The translations under genes were made by a program, and so were the position numbers. Positions 1-9,390 of a DNA stretch of 64,000 bases are shown here, piece after piece. Below the pieces are notes generated by a model. The model made no database searches, had not been told where the DNA came from, and saw only the letters and a list, made by a program, of their open reading frames with translations. Every line of letters begins with the position of its first letter. Position 1 is the stretch's first letter. The DNA is from a virus (taxonomy: Duplodnaviria; Caudoviricetes), in the IMG/VR virus record IMGVR_UViG_3300014204_000116, positions 32,001 through 96,000 of that record; one strand, 5' to 3'.

Positions 1-2
1 GG

Positions 3-344
3 TTTCCAAATGTCAACCAGTGGGAATTTCAGCTAGACTCAGATCAGCTAATTTTGGAATCGTCTGTCAAGATGCTGCTACTCACATCCAAAGGTGAGCG
101 CGTAATGGAGCCGAATTACGGGACAAACATCCGGCGCATCCTGTTCGAATTGCAAATAGCTGGGATAGATAGTTTGCTACAGGATGAAATCGTGAGCGCT
201 TTAGCTCTCTGGGAGCCCCGTGTCGAGCTGCAATCACTCACGCTACAACGCGATCAAAACAACCGAAATGTCTGCATGAATTTGGTTCTTATATCCAAGC
301 TCAGCAAGCAGGCATTTGAAACAAGCGTTGAGTATGTGAGATGA
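3..344 (+). CDS. Baseplate wedge protein, T4 gp25/GPW-like (5' end truncated by the window)
   Basis: GERVMEPNYGT...LFE...IVSALALWEPRVEL is the gp25/GPW signature; the frame is open from the window start. Confidence 0.85.
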   Translation, partial: FPNVNQWEFQLDSDQLILESSVKMLLLTSKGERVMEPNYGTNIRRILFELQIAGIDSLLQDEIVSALALWEPRVELQSLTLQRDQNNRNVCMNLVLISKLSKQAFETSVEYVR

Positions 345-679
345 AAAAGGCTATAACCGTAGGAAGATCAGATTTTGTAAAGCAGTTGATGCGGCGCTCT
401 GGATTTAAGTACGTAGAGGCGTGCCAGGCATACGAAACGATGATATCCACCCTATCCGACGCTATTACGCGCGGTGATTACGTGTGCCTCGGCGAAATTG
501 GTGCCCTGGTCCCATCCATAGTGCCGCCGAAGCAAGTTCGAATGGGATTCGTAATGAAAAAGGGTGGAAAGACGGAGAAGCTCACGCGGGAATTCTTTTT
601 AGACAGCCGACTCAAGTATAAATTTCGGCTGTTCAAGGGTTTCGTCAAAAACCATCAATTACACTGGCCCGTGCAGTAG
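341..679 (+). CDS. HU/IHF-like DNA-binding protein
   Basis: Two N-terminal helices, LSDAITRGDYVCLGEIGAL, basic beta-arm and KFR motif; 112 aa. Confidence 0.7.
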   Translation: MKKAITVGRSDFVKQLMRRSGFKYVEACQAYETMISTLSDAITRGDYVCLGEIGALVPSIVPPKQVRMGFVMKKGGKTEKLTREFFLDSRLKYKFRLFKGFVKNHQLHWPVQ

Positions 680-682
680 TTA
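676..682 (+). promoter_or_regulatory. GTAGTTA motif, putative phage late promoter
   Basis: 6 nt before the ATG at 689; recurs before other structural and cargo genes. Confidence 0.55.
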
Positions 683-688
683 AGGCGT

Positions 689-2002
689 ATGTCAATAGAC
701 CCGTTATCTCTTCCGAGTGCCGCAGGTATCAACTACGGTGAAGGAGACGTTCGGCATTTCTCCGAGGGTGATGCCGTAGCAGTCCCCTCATTATCAAATC
801 CGACACGCCACCTGGCCCAGCGTGATTCTTTGATCGTCGATAAGCTGAATGAAGTAGTCTCCGAGGTCAACAACAAAGAGCAGATTGTGCCACTCCCGGT
901 GTATCGCACTGTCATCCCTGCCAATACCGAAGAGATCATCGCCAACCTGCGCATCCCTCCCAGCTATGAAGCCCGAGTGTTGAGTGCAGCGATTGGATCT
1001 AGTCCTATATCATCTAACGTCGAGCTGAATGTCCTGTGGAATAGCACTTTTGGGAACACCACCGGCACATCGGTCTTAACAACCGCCGCAGAGACAAATG
1101 GCGGCACCAAATTTTCGCCTAGTGGCGAGTTCATAATTTCTGTCAAGAATAAGGGTGATACAACACTCGATATCATGGCTAGTGTTACGCTTACCATGCG
1201 CCCGACGTCTACAGTTACAAGCGCACTGTTGCCCGCGCCATCGCTGGCACCCTCTGGTCCTCCGGGGCCTAAAGGAGATAAAGGAGATCTTGGCGGGGCT
1301 GGCCCTACTGGGCCTGCGGGAAGTCCAGGATTGATCTATCGAGGCCAGTGGGCTAAGACTCCTTACCCTCAGAATTATTCTGCGAATGACGTAGTAACTC
1401 ACAACTTCGCAGGGACTAGTGGATCTTCCTCATACGTGTGCTTGACACCCCACATCGCTGACGACATAAACAAACCGAACCCCACTTTAACACCGAGCAC
1501 TTACTGGGATTTCATCGCATCTGCGGGCGCTATTGGCGCGTCTGGAAGCGTAGGATCAGCCGGAACTACGGCATTGTTTGGCTTCAGCGATAACCTCGTT
1601 CAAGGAACGCTTATCACCAGCAGTGATTTCTACGGGGATATTTTCAACTCGACTTACAACTCGGCGAGTATACTGCCAGGCAAGACATATGGCTTATCGT
1701 TCCATGAGATATCCATGGTAGCTCCCGACAATAGCCCGAGTGGAATTTGCATGATACAGGCGCAAACCACCGCTTGTTTCTCTGGCACGCTGGCACTATA
1801 TCTCCCTGGGCTGATTAATGGAGGGCTGGCAGATTACAATCTTCAGCACTGCAACATAAACGTAACATCTCACGGTTCAATTGCAGATGTGGCTTCAGCG
1901 CTATTCGTAGTTCCTTCGGGCACAACCGGCGTTGAAATCGTTCAGTCAGGAACGGCGCGGCCAATATGGATATCTGTGAGTGGGCAGCAGCTAGTGCCTT
2001 AA
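689..2002 (+). CDS. Tail fibre/structural protein with a short collagen segment and a CBM-like module
   Basis: GPPGPKGDKGDLGGAGPTGPAGSPG followed by YRGQW...YSANDVV...SYVC...YWD. Confidence 0.7.
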   Translation: MSIDPLSLPSAAGINYGEGDVRHFSEGDAVAVPSLSNPTRHLAQRDSLIVDKLNEVVSEVNNKEQIVPLPVYRTVIPANTEEIIANLRIPPSYEARVLSAAIGSSPISSNVELNVLWNSTFGNTTGTSVLTTAAETNGGTKFSPSGEFIISVKNKGDTTLDIMASVTLTMRPTSTVTSALLPAPSLAPSGPPGPKGDKGDLGGAGPTGPAGSPGLIYRGQWAKTPYPQNYSANDVVTHNFAGTSGSSSYVCLTPHIADDINKPNPTLTPSTYWDFIASAGAIGASGSVGSAGTTALFGFSDNLVQGTLITSSDFYGDIFNSTYNSASILPGKTYGLSFHEISMVAPDNSPSGICMIQAQTTACFSGTLALYLPGLINGGLADYNLQHCNINVTSHGSIADVASALFVVPSGTTGVEIVQSGTARPIWISVSGQQLVP

Positions 2003-3135
2003 GAAGCGTAGAGCAGAGCGGCCCCAGGTAACCGTCTATCGTAATAATAGTCGGTATCTGAGTCAGGACCACCAAATATCCAAGATCCATCTTCGTCATT
2101 TGCAGAGAATAAGCAAACGTTTGTATACGCATTGCCAAATCCGCCTACGAATTTTACGCGCACGAATTGGACCGGGACACTGTCATTACCGGCTGTCGAA
2201 TACTTTAGGGTGCATGATCGGTTATTGGCCGATATCGAAAACGTCGTGGGCTTACGCCCGGCGTGACAAGACCCTGATACACCGCCTGCGCCTGTTGGAT
2301 TCAAGTCATACCAGATGACACTCAGTGAATATGGATTAGACCCAGAAGGCCACCCGACCGGTCCAGCCCCGTTTGTCTGCCATATGGTCTTAAACGTCGC
2401 AGTCGAAGTAGGCACCTTCAAATATATCGTGCCTTCCTGATCATCGTCTGCCGCGCGGTGGACGCGATTATACCATTGTGATCCTGAGTGCAGAGTGAAA
2501 AGCTTAGCACCCCGAGGAGTCTGAGGAGGGCCATAACCTGCGGATTGCATCGATACGTCACCAGGCAGCTTATAGGCCCGGCCATTAACCCCAATTGTGA
2601 CAGTATTCCTTCCGATAGTGTGCCCGTAAGTGTCGAGCACGTCCTCGGTGGTATGCGACGTTCCGCCATGGGCTTGTAACTCGCGTATGTCATCGATTGT
2701 CATGTTCGAATGCGCGAGCAAGAGTTGATTGTAGACGTACGCTTGTTCAAACGCATCGGCAGACGGCGAATACGTTACGAGAGTTTTTGACTGAATCGGC
2801 ACGCCTGGCATATTGCTGCCCGTCGTGGTACTGCTCAACCCACCATCACTTGTGGAATGAGGACCAGGATCACTCGGCGTGGCATAGTAAGATGTTAGCC
2901 TGCAAGGCACATAAATTGTGGTATCGTTCGGGGGATCTCCAAAGTGGAACGCAAGGACCATTTCCCCGATCCTATCCCCGCCATTGTCGTAATAGGGAGT
3001 GCTGACAATGTTTATCCCGTGGACCTTTGACATCGACCCGTTGATATGGGCATTCAAGTTCTTCTTGAGCTGGTCTAATTGGGAATTTAGCTCAGCAAGC
3101 TCGGCTTGAGTGAATAGTTGGACCTGGCTCGGCAT
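1999..3135 (-). CDS. Putative virion structural protein
   Basis: 378-aa S/T/G-rich, beta-type ORF among structural genes. Confidence 0.5.
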   Translation of the reverse strand: MPSQVQLFTQAELAELNSQLDQLKKNLNAHINGSMSKVHGINIVSTPYYDNGGDRIGEMVLAFHFGDPPNDTTIYVPCRLTSYYATPSDPGPHSTSDGGLSSTTTGSNMPGVPIQSKTLVTYSPSADAFEQAYVYNQLLLAHSNMTIDDIRELQAHGGTSHTTEDVLDTYGHTIGRNTVTIGVNGRAYKLPGDVSMQSAGYGPPQTPRGAKLFTLHSGSQWYNRVHRAADDDQEGTIYLKVPTSTATFKTIWQTNGAGPVGWPSGSNPYSLSVIWYDLNPTGAGGVSGSCHAGRKPTTFSISANNRSCTLKYSTAGNDSVPVQFVRVKFVGGFGNAYTNVCLFSANDEDGSWIFGGPDSDTDYYYDRRLPGAALLYAS

Positions 3136-3140
3136 AGTCT

Positions 3141-3755
3141 CTAATAAGGCCGCGTAGGGACGGCTTCTCCTGTTGTGGATTGTATCGCAATAGTGGCAAT
3201 TTCTGACAGAGTTTGGCCATTTGCGTTAGTTGCGATGCAGACGTAATTTCCCACGTCGGACTCTGAAAAATTAGAGAAGAATAGCGACGTGGACGTTGCG
3301 CCAGTGACTGGTATTCCGTCTTTGGTCCAGCGGATGAGTATCGGCGGAGTCCCGATAACCGTGCATTCAACCACTGCCTGATCACCCAGGGCGATAGCAG
3401 TGCTGGGTGGCTGCACCGTAAATGAGGGCGCTGTGGCCGTAGGAGATCCAGACCACGTGCCGGTGCTGACAAATACGCCAGAATCAATAGCTGGGATGTA
3501 GACACCGTAGTTTGTGCCATTAGCCGTAATCAGGAGCCTTAGCCAGCACGAGTTCTCAATCGTATGCTGAGTGTGAGCTTCATCAGACGGAGCTTCACTG
3601 GGAGTAATGGTCCAGGGAAGATCTACCTTATTCGTCTCGTTGTGCTGCCACCAATCCCCGGCCATGTGGGCAGCAATACCTCCTGCTGCACTCGCTGCTA
3701 CCTGTGTAGCAACGTCGCGTGTGGATTCGGTGGCAACGCTGGTCTCACTAGCCAT
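3141..3755 (-). CDS. Immunoglobulin I-set domain virion protein
   Basis: APSFTVQP...VECTVIGTPPILIRWTKDG...SDVGNYVCIATNANG. Confidence 0.85.
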   Translation of the reverse strand: MASETSVATESTRDVATQVAASAAGGIAAHMAGDWWQHNETNKVDLPWTITPSEAPSDEAHTQHTIENSCWLRLLITANGTNYGVYIPAIDSGVFVSTGTWSGSPTATAPSFTVQPPSTAIALGDQAVVECTVIGTPPILIRWTKDGIPVTGATSTSLFFSNFSESDVGNYVCIATNANGQTLSEIATIAIQSTTGEAVPTRPY

Positions 3756-3768
3756 GGCGAGTTCAGAG

Positions 3769-4305
3769 TTAGTCTAAGGGTGGAGCGGGAAGTAAAATAC
3801 CCTTCGCTCGACCGAGGGGGCCTCTTTCGGCACCAGGGCCAGTTGGCCTGCCGGTTGGCATAGCACGATCAATGATTTCACGCTCTTCTGGAGACAGCTT
3901 CGGCCCTTCCTCAAACTCGCCGCCTTCCTCGCCCTCTCCACCTTCAGGAGCGCCTTCACCACCCTCAAACGGCTCTTCCTCCTCACCGCTCGGCGGCGGT
4001 GGGAGTTTTCCGGCTTCAAGCTCGGTATCCCCTGGGGGTGCTTCATCGGCTGAGATTTCCTCCCCAGCTTCATCCTGGGTCTTTTTGGACGCATCGCGCT
4101 GCTCTTTAAACTCGGCACTGTCAACTCCAGGGGGCGCTACGTTGTCCAGCCAATACACCAGCTCGGCGTACATTTCGTCTGCCAGGGGCTCTGCGTGATC
4201 CTTTTCCAAGGCGTTTCGGATAGCCACTAGCTGCCCATAGCTGAGCGAAACGTCGTAATCGTTGAAAGTGTCTATACCGTCAAATTTAGCTTTCTTAATC
4301 TTCAT
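3769..4305 (-). CDS. Acidic Glu/Pro/Gly-rich hypothetical protein
   Basis: 178-aa ORF with a low-complexity acidic C-terminal half; GTAGTTA on the minus strand at 4333-4339. Confidence 0.65.
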   Translation of the reverse strand: MKIKKAKFDGIDTFNDYDVSLSYGQLVAIRNALEKDHAEPLADEMYAELVYWLDNVAPPGVDSAEFKEQRDASKKTQDEAGEEISADEAPPGDTELEAGKLPPPPSGEEEEPFEGGEGAPEGGEGEEGGEFEEGPKLSPEEREIIDRAMPTGRPTGPGAERGPLGRAKGILLPAPPLD

Positions 4306-4409
4306 AAGCTTTACGCTGGCCTTTGTCCTGTTTAACTACGCTCGCGCCCCAGAGATTGAATTAGCAGAACTTGTCTACAAATGGTTTCAGTTCTCTAAAA
4401 TACACATAT

Positions 4410-5678
4410 ATGAACAAAGTTCGATTTCATGAGCCGGTAACACTCAGCTTTCGCAAGTCGGCGGGCGGCTCCACAATGACGTTTGACGCCCACAGGGATT
4501 GGATTATACCCAACGCCCAATTGGATCGAATCATGCAGGATGCGAATATCAAGGCCCGCACCTACAAAATCTCCAAAATTGACAACTTGATACCAAACTT
4601 CAACGTTAATGTCCCCAAAAAGCCAGGGGCCAATCGAGCGCTAGTTTACAACGGCAGCGGTGGCTACGGCGACCAGCTAATGACGTGGCCCCTGACACTC
4701 ATACTGACGCGTATGGGCTACGAAGTGCACATGATGGTAGATCCCGGAAATCAAATTTGTTGGTGGAATGTTCCGTGGGTCAAATCGGTGCATGTCGTTC
4801 CGATGCAAGATGAAGTGTTTCAAATGTTTGACCACCACATCATCTTCGATACGGCGTGCAACATGATGGAGCATCCGAATCATCCGCATCCACTGGATTT
4901 GATGCTGCGAAAAATCGGAATAGATCCCAGTACGGTGCCAGACAACCTTAAAGTAGTCCGACCACTATTCACATCGGGAGAAATGGCAGCTACTTTACCC
5001 TACCGGGAGCGGCAGCTTGCACTGTACCAGTTTGCGAGCGCCAATCCTGTGCGCAATCTTCCTGCACCTGATAGCGCTTTTATGCTGAGCCGCCTGAGCG
5101 AAACTTTTCCGCAGTACACGTGGATGGCGCTCTACGACGAGTTCATCCCCAAAGAGTACGTCCAATCGGTGATGGAGGACGTGGTTGACCCTGATACAAA
5201 GGAGGTCAAAAAAGACGAAAAGGGCAACGTTCTCAAAAAGGTAAAGTTTCCGAACTGCATAGTTTTGTTTTGCCCTAACCTGCGGGAGCTGTGGGCGATC
5301 ACATCCCAGGCCAAAATCGTTGTAGCCCCCGACAGTATGATGGTCCACGTGGCGGGTTCATTGGGAATCCCGTGCGTCGGCCTGTGGGGGCCTTATGATC
5401 CCCGAAGTCGTGTAAAATATTACCAAAAGCACTACCCTGTGTTCAATGTGTCAGCTTGCCCCCAGGCCCCGTGTTCGCATTATTTGGCTACATTTCCGAA
5501 GTACTGCCCGCCCAGAGCCGGTCGTAACGTTTGCGAAGTTATGGCTGCGATTACCCCGGAGCAGGTAATTGATGGTATTCACTCACTCGTGCCAGAATCA
5601 AAACTGCAACCGAAGATCTCAGCAGAAGAGCCTGTGTTTGACAAGCCACCGTCTGTGGATATAATCAAAGAGCCGTGA
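4410..5678 (+). CDS. Glycosyltransferase family 9 (heptosyltransferase-like)
   Basis: GGYGDQL and APDSMMVHVAGSLGIPCVGLWGP motifs, C-terminal Cys cluster; ATG at 4410 preferred over TTG at 4371. Confidence 0.85.
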   Translation: MNKVRFHEPVTLSFRKSAGGSTMTFDAHRDWIIPNAQLDRIMQDANIKARTYKISKIDNLIPNFNVNVPKKPGANRALVYNGSGGYGDQLMTWPLTLILTRMGYEVHMMVDPGNQICWWNVPWVKSVHVVPMQDEVFQMFDHHIIFDTACNMMEHPNHPHPLDLMLRKIGIDPSTVPDNLKVVRPLFTSGEMAATLPYRERQLALYQFASANPVRNLPAPDSAFMLSRLSETFPQYTWMALYDEFIPKEYVQSVMEDVVDPDTKEVKKDEKGNVLKKVKFPNCIVLFCPNLRELWAITSQAKIVVAPDSMMVHVAGSLGIPCVGLWGPYDPRSRVKYYQKHYPVFNVSACPQAPCSHYLATFPKYCPPRAGRNVCEVMAAITPEQVIDGIHSLVPESKLQPKISAEEPVFDKPPSVDIIKEP

Positions 5679-7501
5679 TTACACTGCTCGAAAAAAGCAT
5701 TTATCTGTACTTGGCAGGCCCTCCGAACGATCTGTATGATCTGTCGGATGCTTTGAAAATTCAGCATCCTCAGCGGGATAAAATTGACCTGTACCATTTG
5801 TGGAAGAGGACCAAAGGCGAAAAAGGATGGGATGGCACGGTTAAGCCCCTCAAAGTTGATCGCTCCGGCCACGAGGCGTCCATCCTTCGGGGTCACAAGA
5901 GCAGGGTTCTCACAACAATGGGTAAACTGGGCATAGAAGTAAGCCCAAACAGCAAGCTGATAACCTCCCCGTTCGCAGAACTGACATCAAACGACATCAA
6001 CCCAGATTGCATCGCGGGTGATTTTCCCCTGGATCATAATCAGATACACTGCATCTTAAAATGGCTCCAGAACGGAATGGGCATTGGCAAGATCGCCGTC
6101 AATGGGGGAAAAACGGCAACTTTCGCTGGCTTCGCGGCTACGCTAAAAAGTTACATGGAAGATGCGCGTTTTGTCTACATAACCGACCGCGAACGTCTAC
6201 AGTCCCAGGTTGGGGATGAGATGCCAAAATTCTTGCCCGGCTGGGGCATTTCTATCTTCGGGGGAGGAGGGCAGGACTACGAGGGAAAGGACATGGTTAT
6301 CTGCACCTTGGCCATGCTGCGGACGCACAAGAATGACCTGGAGGCCCTCGGGTGGTTTAACACTTTCAACGCGGTGTTGTTCGACGAATGCCACCACGCC
6401 AACGCCGACAGCGCCGAAGAACTGATGCTGAGGTTTGGTGGTGCTTTCTTCCGCATTGGCGCGTCGGATACGGCGAGGGAAAAGGATATATTAGCCCAAA
6501 ACCGGATCACGGGACTTCTCGGGCCTGTGCTCATGCAGGTCGATCAGGTGGAGCTTATCGGCCTGGGGAGAAGTGCACAACCCCACATTTACGTCATAGA
6601 CGATAAAAGCTGGACTGGCCGGTATGATTTGGTTCCTTACACGCCCCAAGTTGGGACTACAGCCTGGGCACTTTTGGACGGCCAAACTGAGATGACCCAA
6701 GGGATTTATAAAGGCCCCGTCATAGAGCTGGATGATCAGGGCAACCAGGTAGTGGTGGATAAACGCATCTTGGAGGGGGTTAAATTTGTAAAGGTAACGG
6801 AGCCCAAGACTGTGCCGGGTTTGCACCTTATCGAGGTCAATGGGGTAGACTATGAAATTAACTCGTCGTACTGCCTCCTTGAACGTTCTGTAGACAGATG
6901 TATCGTAAGATTCAAAGAGCGAAATGATTTAATCACGGAATGGTCTACATTTTTTGCAAAACAGGGCAAGCGCACGCTGGTTGTGGCTACCCGGCTAATG
7001 CACATTCTTATCCTGGAGAGCCTCATCTGCAACGCCTACGATCCCGACCTTGTGCGCACGCTGACCGGTGAAGACTCGGTAGGCACCAAAAATAAAACTT
7101 TCGAGTGGTTCAAGAAGACCAAGGGCGCAATCCTCATTACTTCACTGGTAAAAGAGGGCGTCAGCATAAACGAAATAGAAGCAGGCGTCGTGGCCGACTA
7201 CATCGGAGATGCCGAATTTGCCAACCAGATCGTGGGCCGTTTTCTCCGCCGAAAAAAAGAGGGGGAGAACGTAACTGAAATCGCCTGGTTTCTCGACCGT
7301 CAACAGCGCCGGTTTGAGCGGGGCTGCAAGTCGGTCATACAGCGCCTAAGCGAAGCGGAAAAGGGCTTTATTTTTTACCATCCACTCGTGCATCCTTCAG
7401 ACCTTTCGTCTGAACCTCGGGGATATCAGGTTTGGGATAGCCAGCACGAGGGGGAGTGGCGAAAAGACGAGGGCGAGCTTCCTGCACATATTTCTCTGTA
7501 G
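5675..7501 (+). CDS. Superfamily 2 DExH helicase, UvsW-like
   Basis: Walker A VNGGKT, DECHH, EGVSI, QIVGRFLR. Confidence 0.85.
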   Translation: MITLLEKSIYLYLAGPPNDLYDLSDALKIQHPQRDKIDLYHLWKRTKGEKGWDGTVKPLKVDRSGHEASILRGHKSRVLTTMGKLGIEVSPNSKLITSPFAELTSNDINPDCIAGDFPLDHNQIHCILKWLQNGMGIGKIAVNGGKTATFAGFAATLKSYMEDARFVYITDRERLQSQVGDEMPKFLPGWGISIFGGGGQDYEGKDMVICTLAMLRTHKNDLEALGWFNTFNAVLFDECHHANADSAEELMLRFGGAFFRIGASDTAREKDILAQNRITGLLGPVLMQVDQVELIGLGRSAQPHIYVIDDKSWTGRYDLVPYTPQVGTTAWALLDGQTEMTQGIYKGPVIELDDQGNQVVVDKRILEGVKFVKVTEPKTVPGLHLIEVNGVDYEINSSYCLLERSVDRCIVRFKERNDLITEWSTFFAKQGKRTLVVATRLMHILILESLICNAYDPDLVRTLTGEDSVGTKNKTFEWFKKTKGAILITSLVKEGVSINEIEAGVVADYIGDAEFANQIVGRFLRRKKEGENVTEIAWFLDRQQRRFERGCKSVIQRLSEAEKGFIFYHPLVHPSDLSSEPRGYQVWDSQHEGEWRKDEGELPAHISL

Positions 7502-8290
7502 ACTTCCTTTTTTCCCGTTCTAGGAGTAGAGCACTAAGCTCAATTTTACTCTGTATACATCTACATTATTTCACGCCAAACGCGGAGGGCGTCAGGCTCG
7601 GACCTGTTAAAGCCGCCGTCTTGCCGAATCCGACGATAAGAACGGCTGCCCTGGTACGGCAGGACACGTAACTGAAAAATTACATATCCGTTAAACAGCC
7701 AATGTTGGCAAGCCACAAGCTTGTTTCAGAAACACCGGTCGTTTGAGGACCACGCGGTCGGTGTAAAGCGCGAATGCCCGAAATAATAGTAGGCGCGAGT
7801 TGGCCCGGTCTGTTCAAACACACGGCGTGCCGTGGCCAAAGACAGACGCAGTGGAAAGAGGTTTTCACTGGAGTACAAGATCCGGCTCAGCCCGAAAAAT
7901 ATCAGGCTGTACCTTGAGGAGTGCGAGATCCCTCTCCCGACCTGCATCAAGGGGAGACTGGATATTTAGCCCCGTCGCCCCACGCTTGAGTATACTGTGT
8001 GGTTTGCATAAAGCCGCAGGTTGCAGCCTGCGAACTGAGCACAGATCCCTGTTCCTATTCGATTTATTTCCGGCAAAACAACACCTGAAGTGTGCCCTTT
8101 GTTAGCCCGGAATTTATCAAGTCTATCCAATTCTACCTAAAACTGTGTAGAAATGGTTAGAAATCTGATGTCACCGCCATTAGGGAGTGGTGAAGAGACG
8201 ACATAGGGGCTCGGTGTGCCCACAGGACAGCACACCCGACGCCCAGGGGCTAACCCCGTTCGGGAGAACATGTACACATGTGATGACATA
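7502..8290 (+). ncRNA. Candidate large structured non-coding RNA (strand uncertain)
   Basis: About 790 nt with no credible ORF and at least 10 hairpins, some nested. Confidence 0.4.
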
Positions 8291-8298
8291 AAATTCTC

Positions 8299-8327
8299 TT
8301 GCCATCTGCTTTGCATTTTGCTACACT
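8299..8327 (+). promoter_or_regulatory. Sigma70-like promoter
   Basis: TTGCCA-N17-TACACT with TG extension. Confidence 0.55.
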
Positions 8328-8346
8328 CCTCAGCATTGGAACGATT

Positions 8347-8622
8347 ATGAGCCATAAAGCAAAGCTGAAACTCAAACAACCCGGTGATAAATCGGTTAGC
8401 GTCCACATGGAATGGATAGTCCAAGGCACTGATTACACCATTGTGAGGCATGTGCCGAATGGTAGTGTAAATTCCAGTGCAGCCAACCAACGCCGGATCA
8501 ACTGGTATGTTTCCGGCCCCAACGAAGAGATCATTTCAGTTCCAGCCAACATCCATAAGCATGAGGCCTCCATAGCCAGGTGGCTGCTTTCAGCAAGAAA
8601 GGACGCACATGAAAAAGATTAA
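8347..8622 (+). CDS. Hypothetical protein
   Basis: ATG downstream of the promoter; overlaps the next gene. Confidence 0.55.
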   Translation: MSHKAKLKLKQPGDKSVSVHMEWIVQGTDYTIVRHVPNGSVNSSAANQRRINWYVSGPNEEIISVPANIHKHEASIARWLLSARKDAHEKD

Positions 8623-9325
8623 CTGGACCAAAGCAAATGCGTGGATCGATAGCTACCTCACCCACATTACCAACCCGAACACCATCCCCTGTCGGTTTGG
8701 ACGGGCATGGCTGGAGCAGGAAGCCGTGAAGGTGGGCCTGGTTGAAGATGATGGCCAGAGTTGGGAGTTTATGGAAAGCCATGCGACCTGGTATAATGCA
8801 CTAATCAATACGGGTCGGCTCTACCTGGTGATCAACACGGAAAAGGCAGTATCGAACCGAGGCCAGAAAGGTGAGCCCACTACACTCGATGCCGTTCGTG
8901 ATCTCCTTTCTGAAGAGAAGCGTAACACACTTGCCGCCAATGTATTTCGCGACGTGCTGACAGCGGTGGGGGACATTAGCCCAGTTAATGGCCACACCAA
9001 AGTAGCACTTCACCCTGCACTCAAGCTCTTTCAGCAGCTCTTCGAGGAGGCCTGCAAGAATCCTGGCCCTGAGTCTGTAACGAATTATGTCCCTCGTGCG
9101 GTGTTTCACAAGCGCGCGCAAGAGGAGGGGATGTTAACGTCCGATTCCTGGGTAGACGCGTTGAAATGGGAAGAAGAGGTCGGGATGCCTGAATTTGCGC
9201 ACAAGTTGTTCGCCAAGCACCACAAGAAGGTAGGCTCTGATTTTACCCCGATGGAAAAGGGCAAGTGGAGAAACTACAGGAAGATGAAAGCTCTTCGCCT
9301 GGGTCAGCAGCTCAAGGGATCGTAG
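8609..9325 (+). CDS. Hypothetical protein
   Basis: 238-aa ORF with an AAGGA RBS. Confidence 0.7.
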   Translation: MKKINWTKANAWIDSYLTHITNPNTIPCRFGRAWLEQEAVKVGLVEDDGQSWEFMESHATWYNALINTGRLYLVINTEKAVSNRGQKGEPTTLDAVRDLLSEEKRNTLAANVFRDVLTAVGDISPVNGHTKVALHPALKLFQQLFEEACKNPGPESVTNYVPRAVFHKRAQEEGMLTSDSWVDALKWEEEVGMPEFAHKLFAKHHKKVGSDFTPMEKGKWRNYRKMKALRLGQQLKGS

Positions 9326-9355
9326 TATTACGGACAAACTTTCTGAACTTTTCTA

Positions 9356-9384
9356 TTGCATTCGTAATTGAGTACTGCTAGGAT
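9356..9384 (+). promoter_or_regulatory. Sigma70-like promoter, probably giving a leaderless mRNA
   Basis: TTGCAT-N17-TAGGAT, ending 6 nt before the GTG start. Confidence 0.6.
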
Positions 9385-9390
9385 GGCGGC

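Noticed and set aside
6635-6890. Intein in the helicase
   Set aside because: No C/S start with an HN-C/S/T end and no LAGLIDADG motifs; too short
7502-8290. tRNA cluster, group I intron or protein-coding genes in the structured region
   Set aside because: No cloverleaf with a T-loop consensus recognised; the flanking genes are complete rather than interrupted; the short ORFs lack plausible composition
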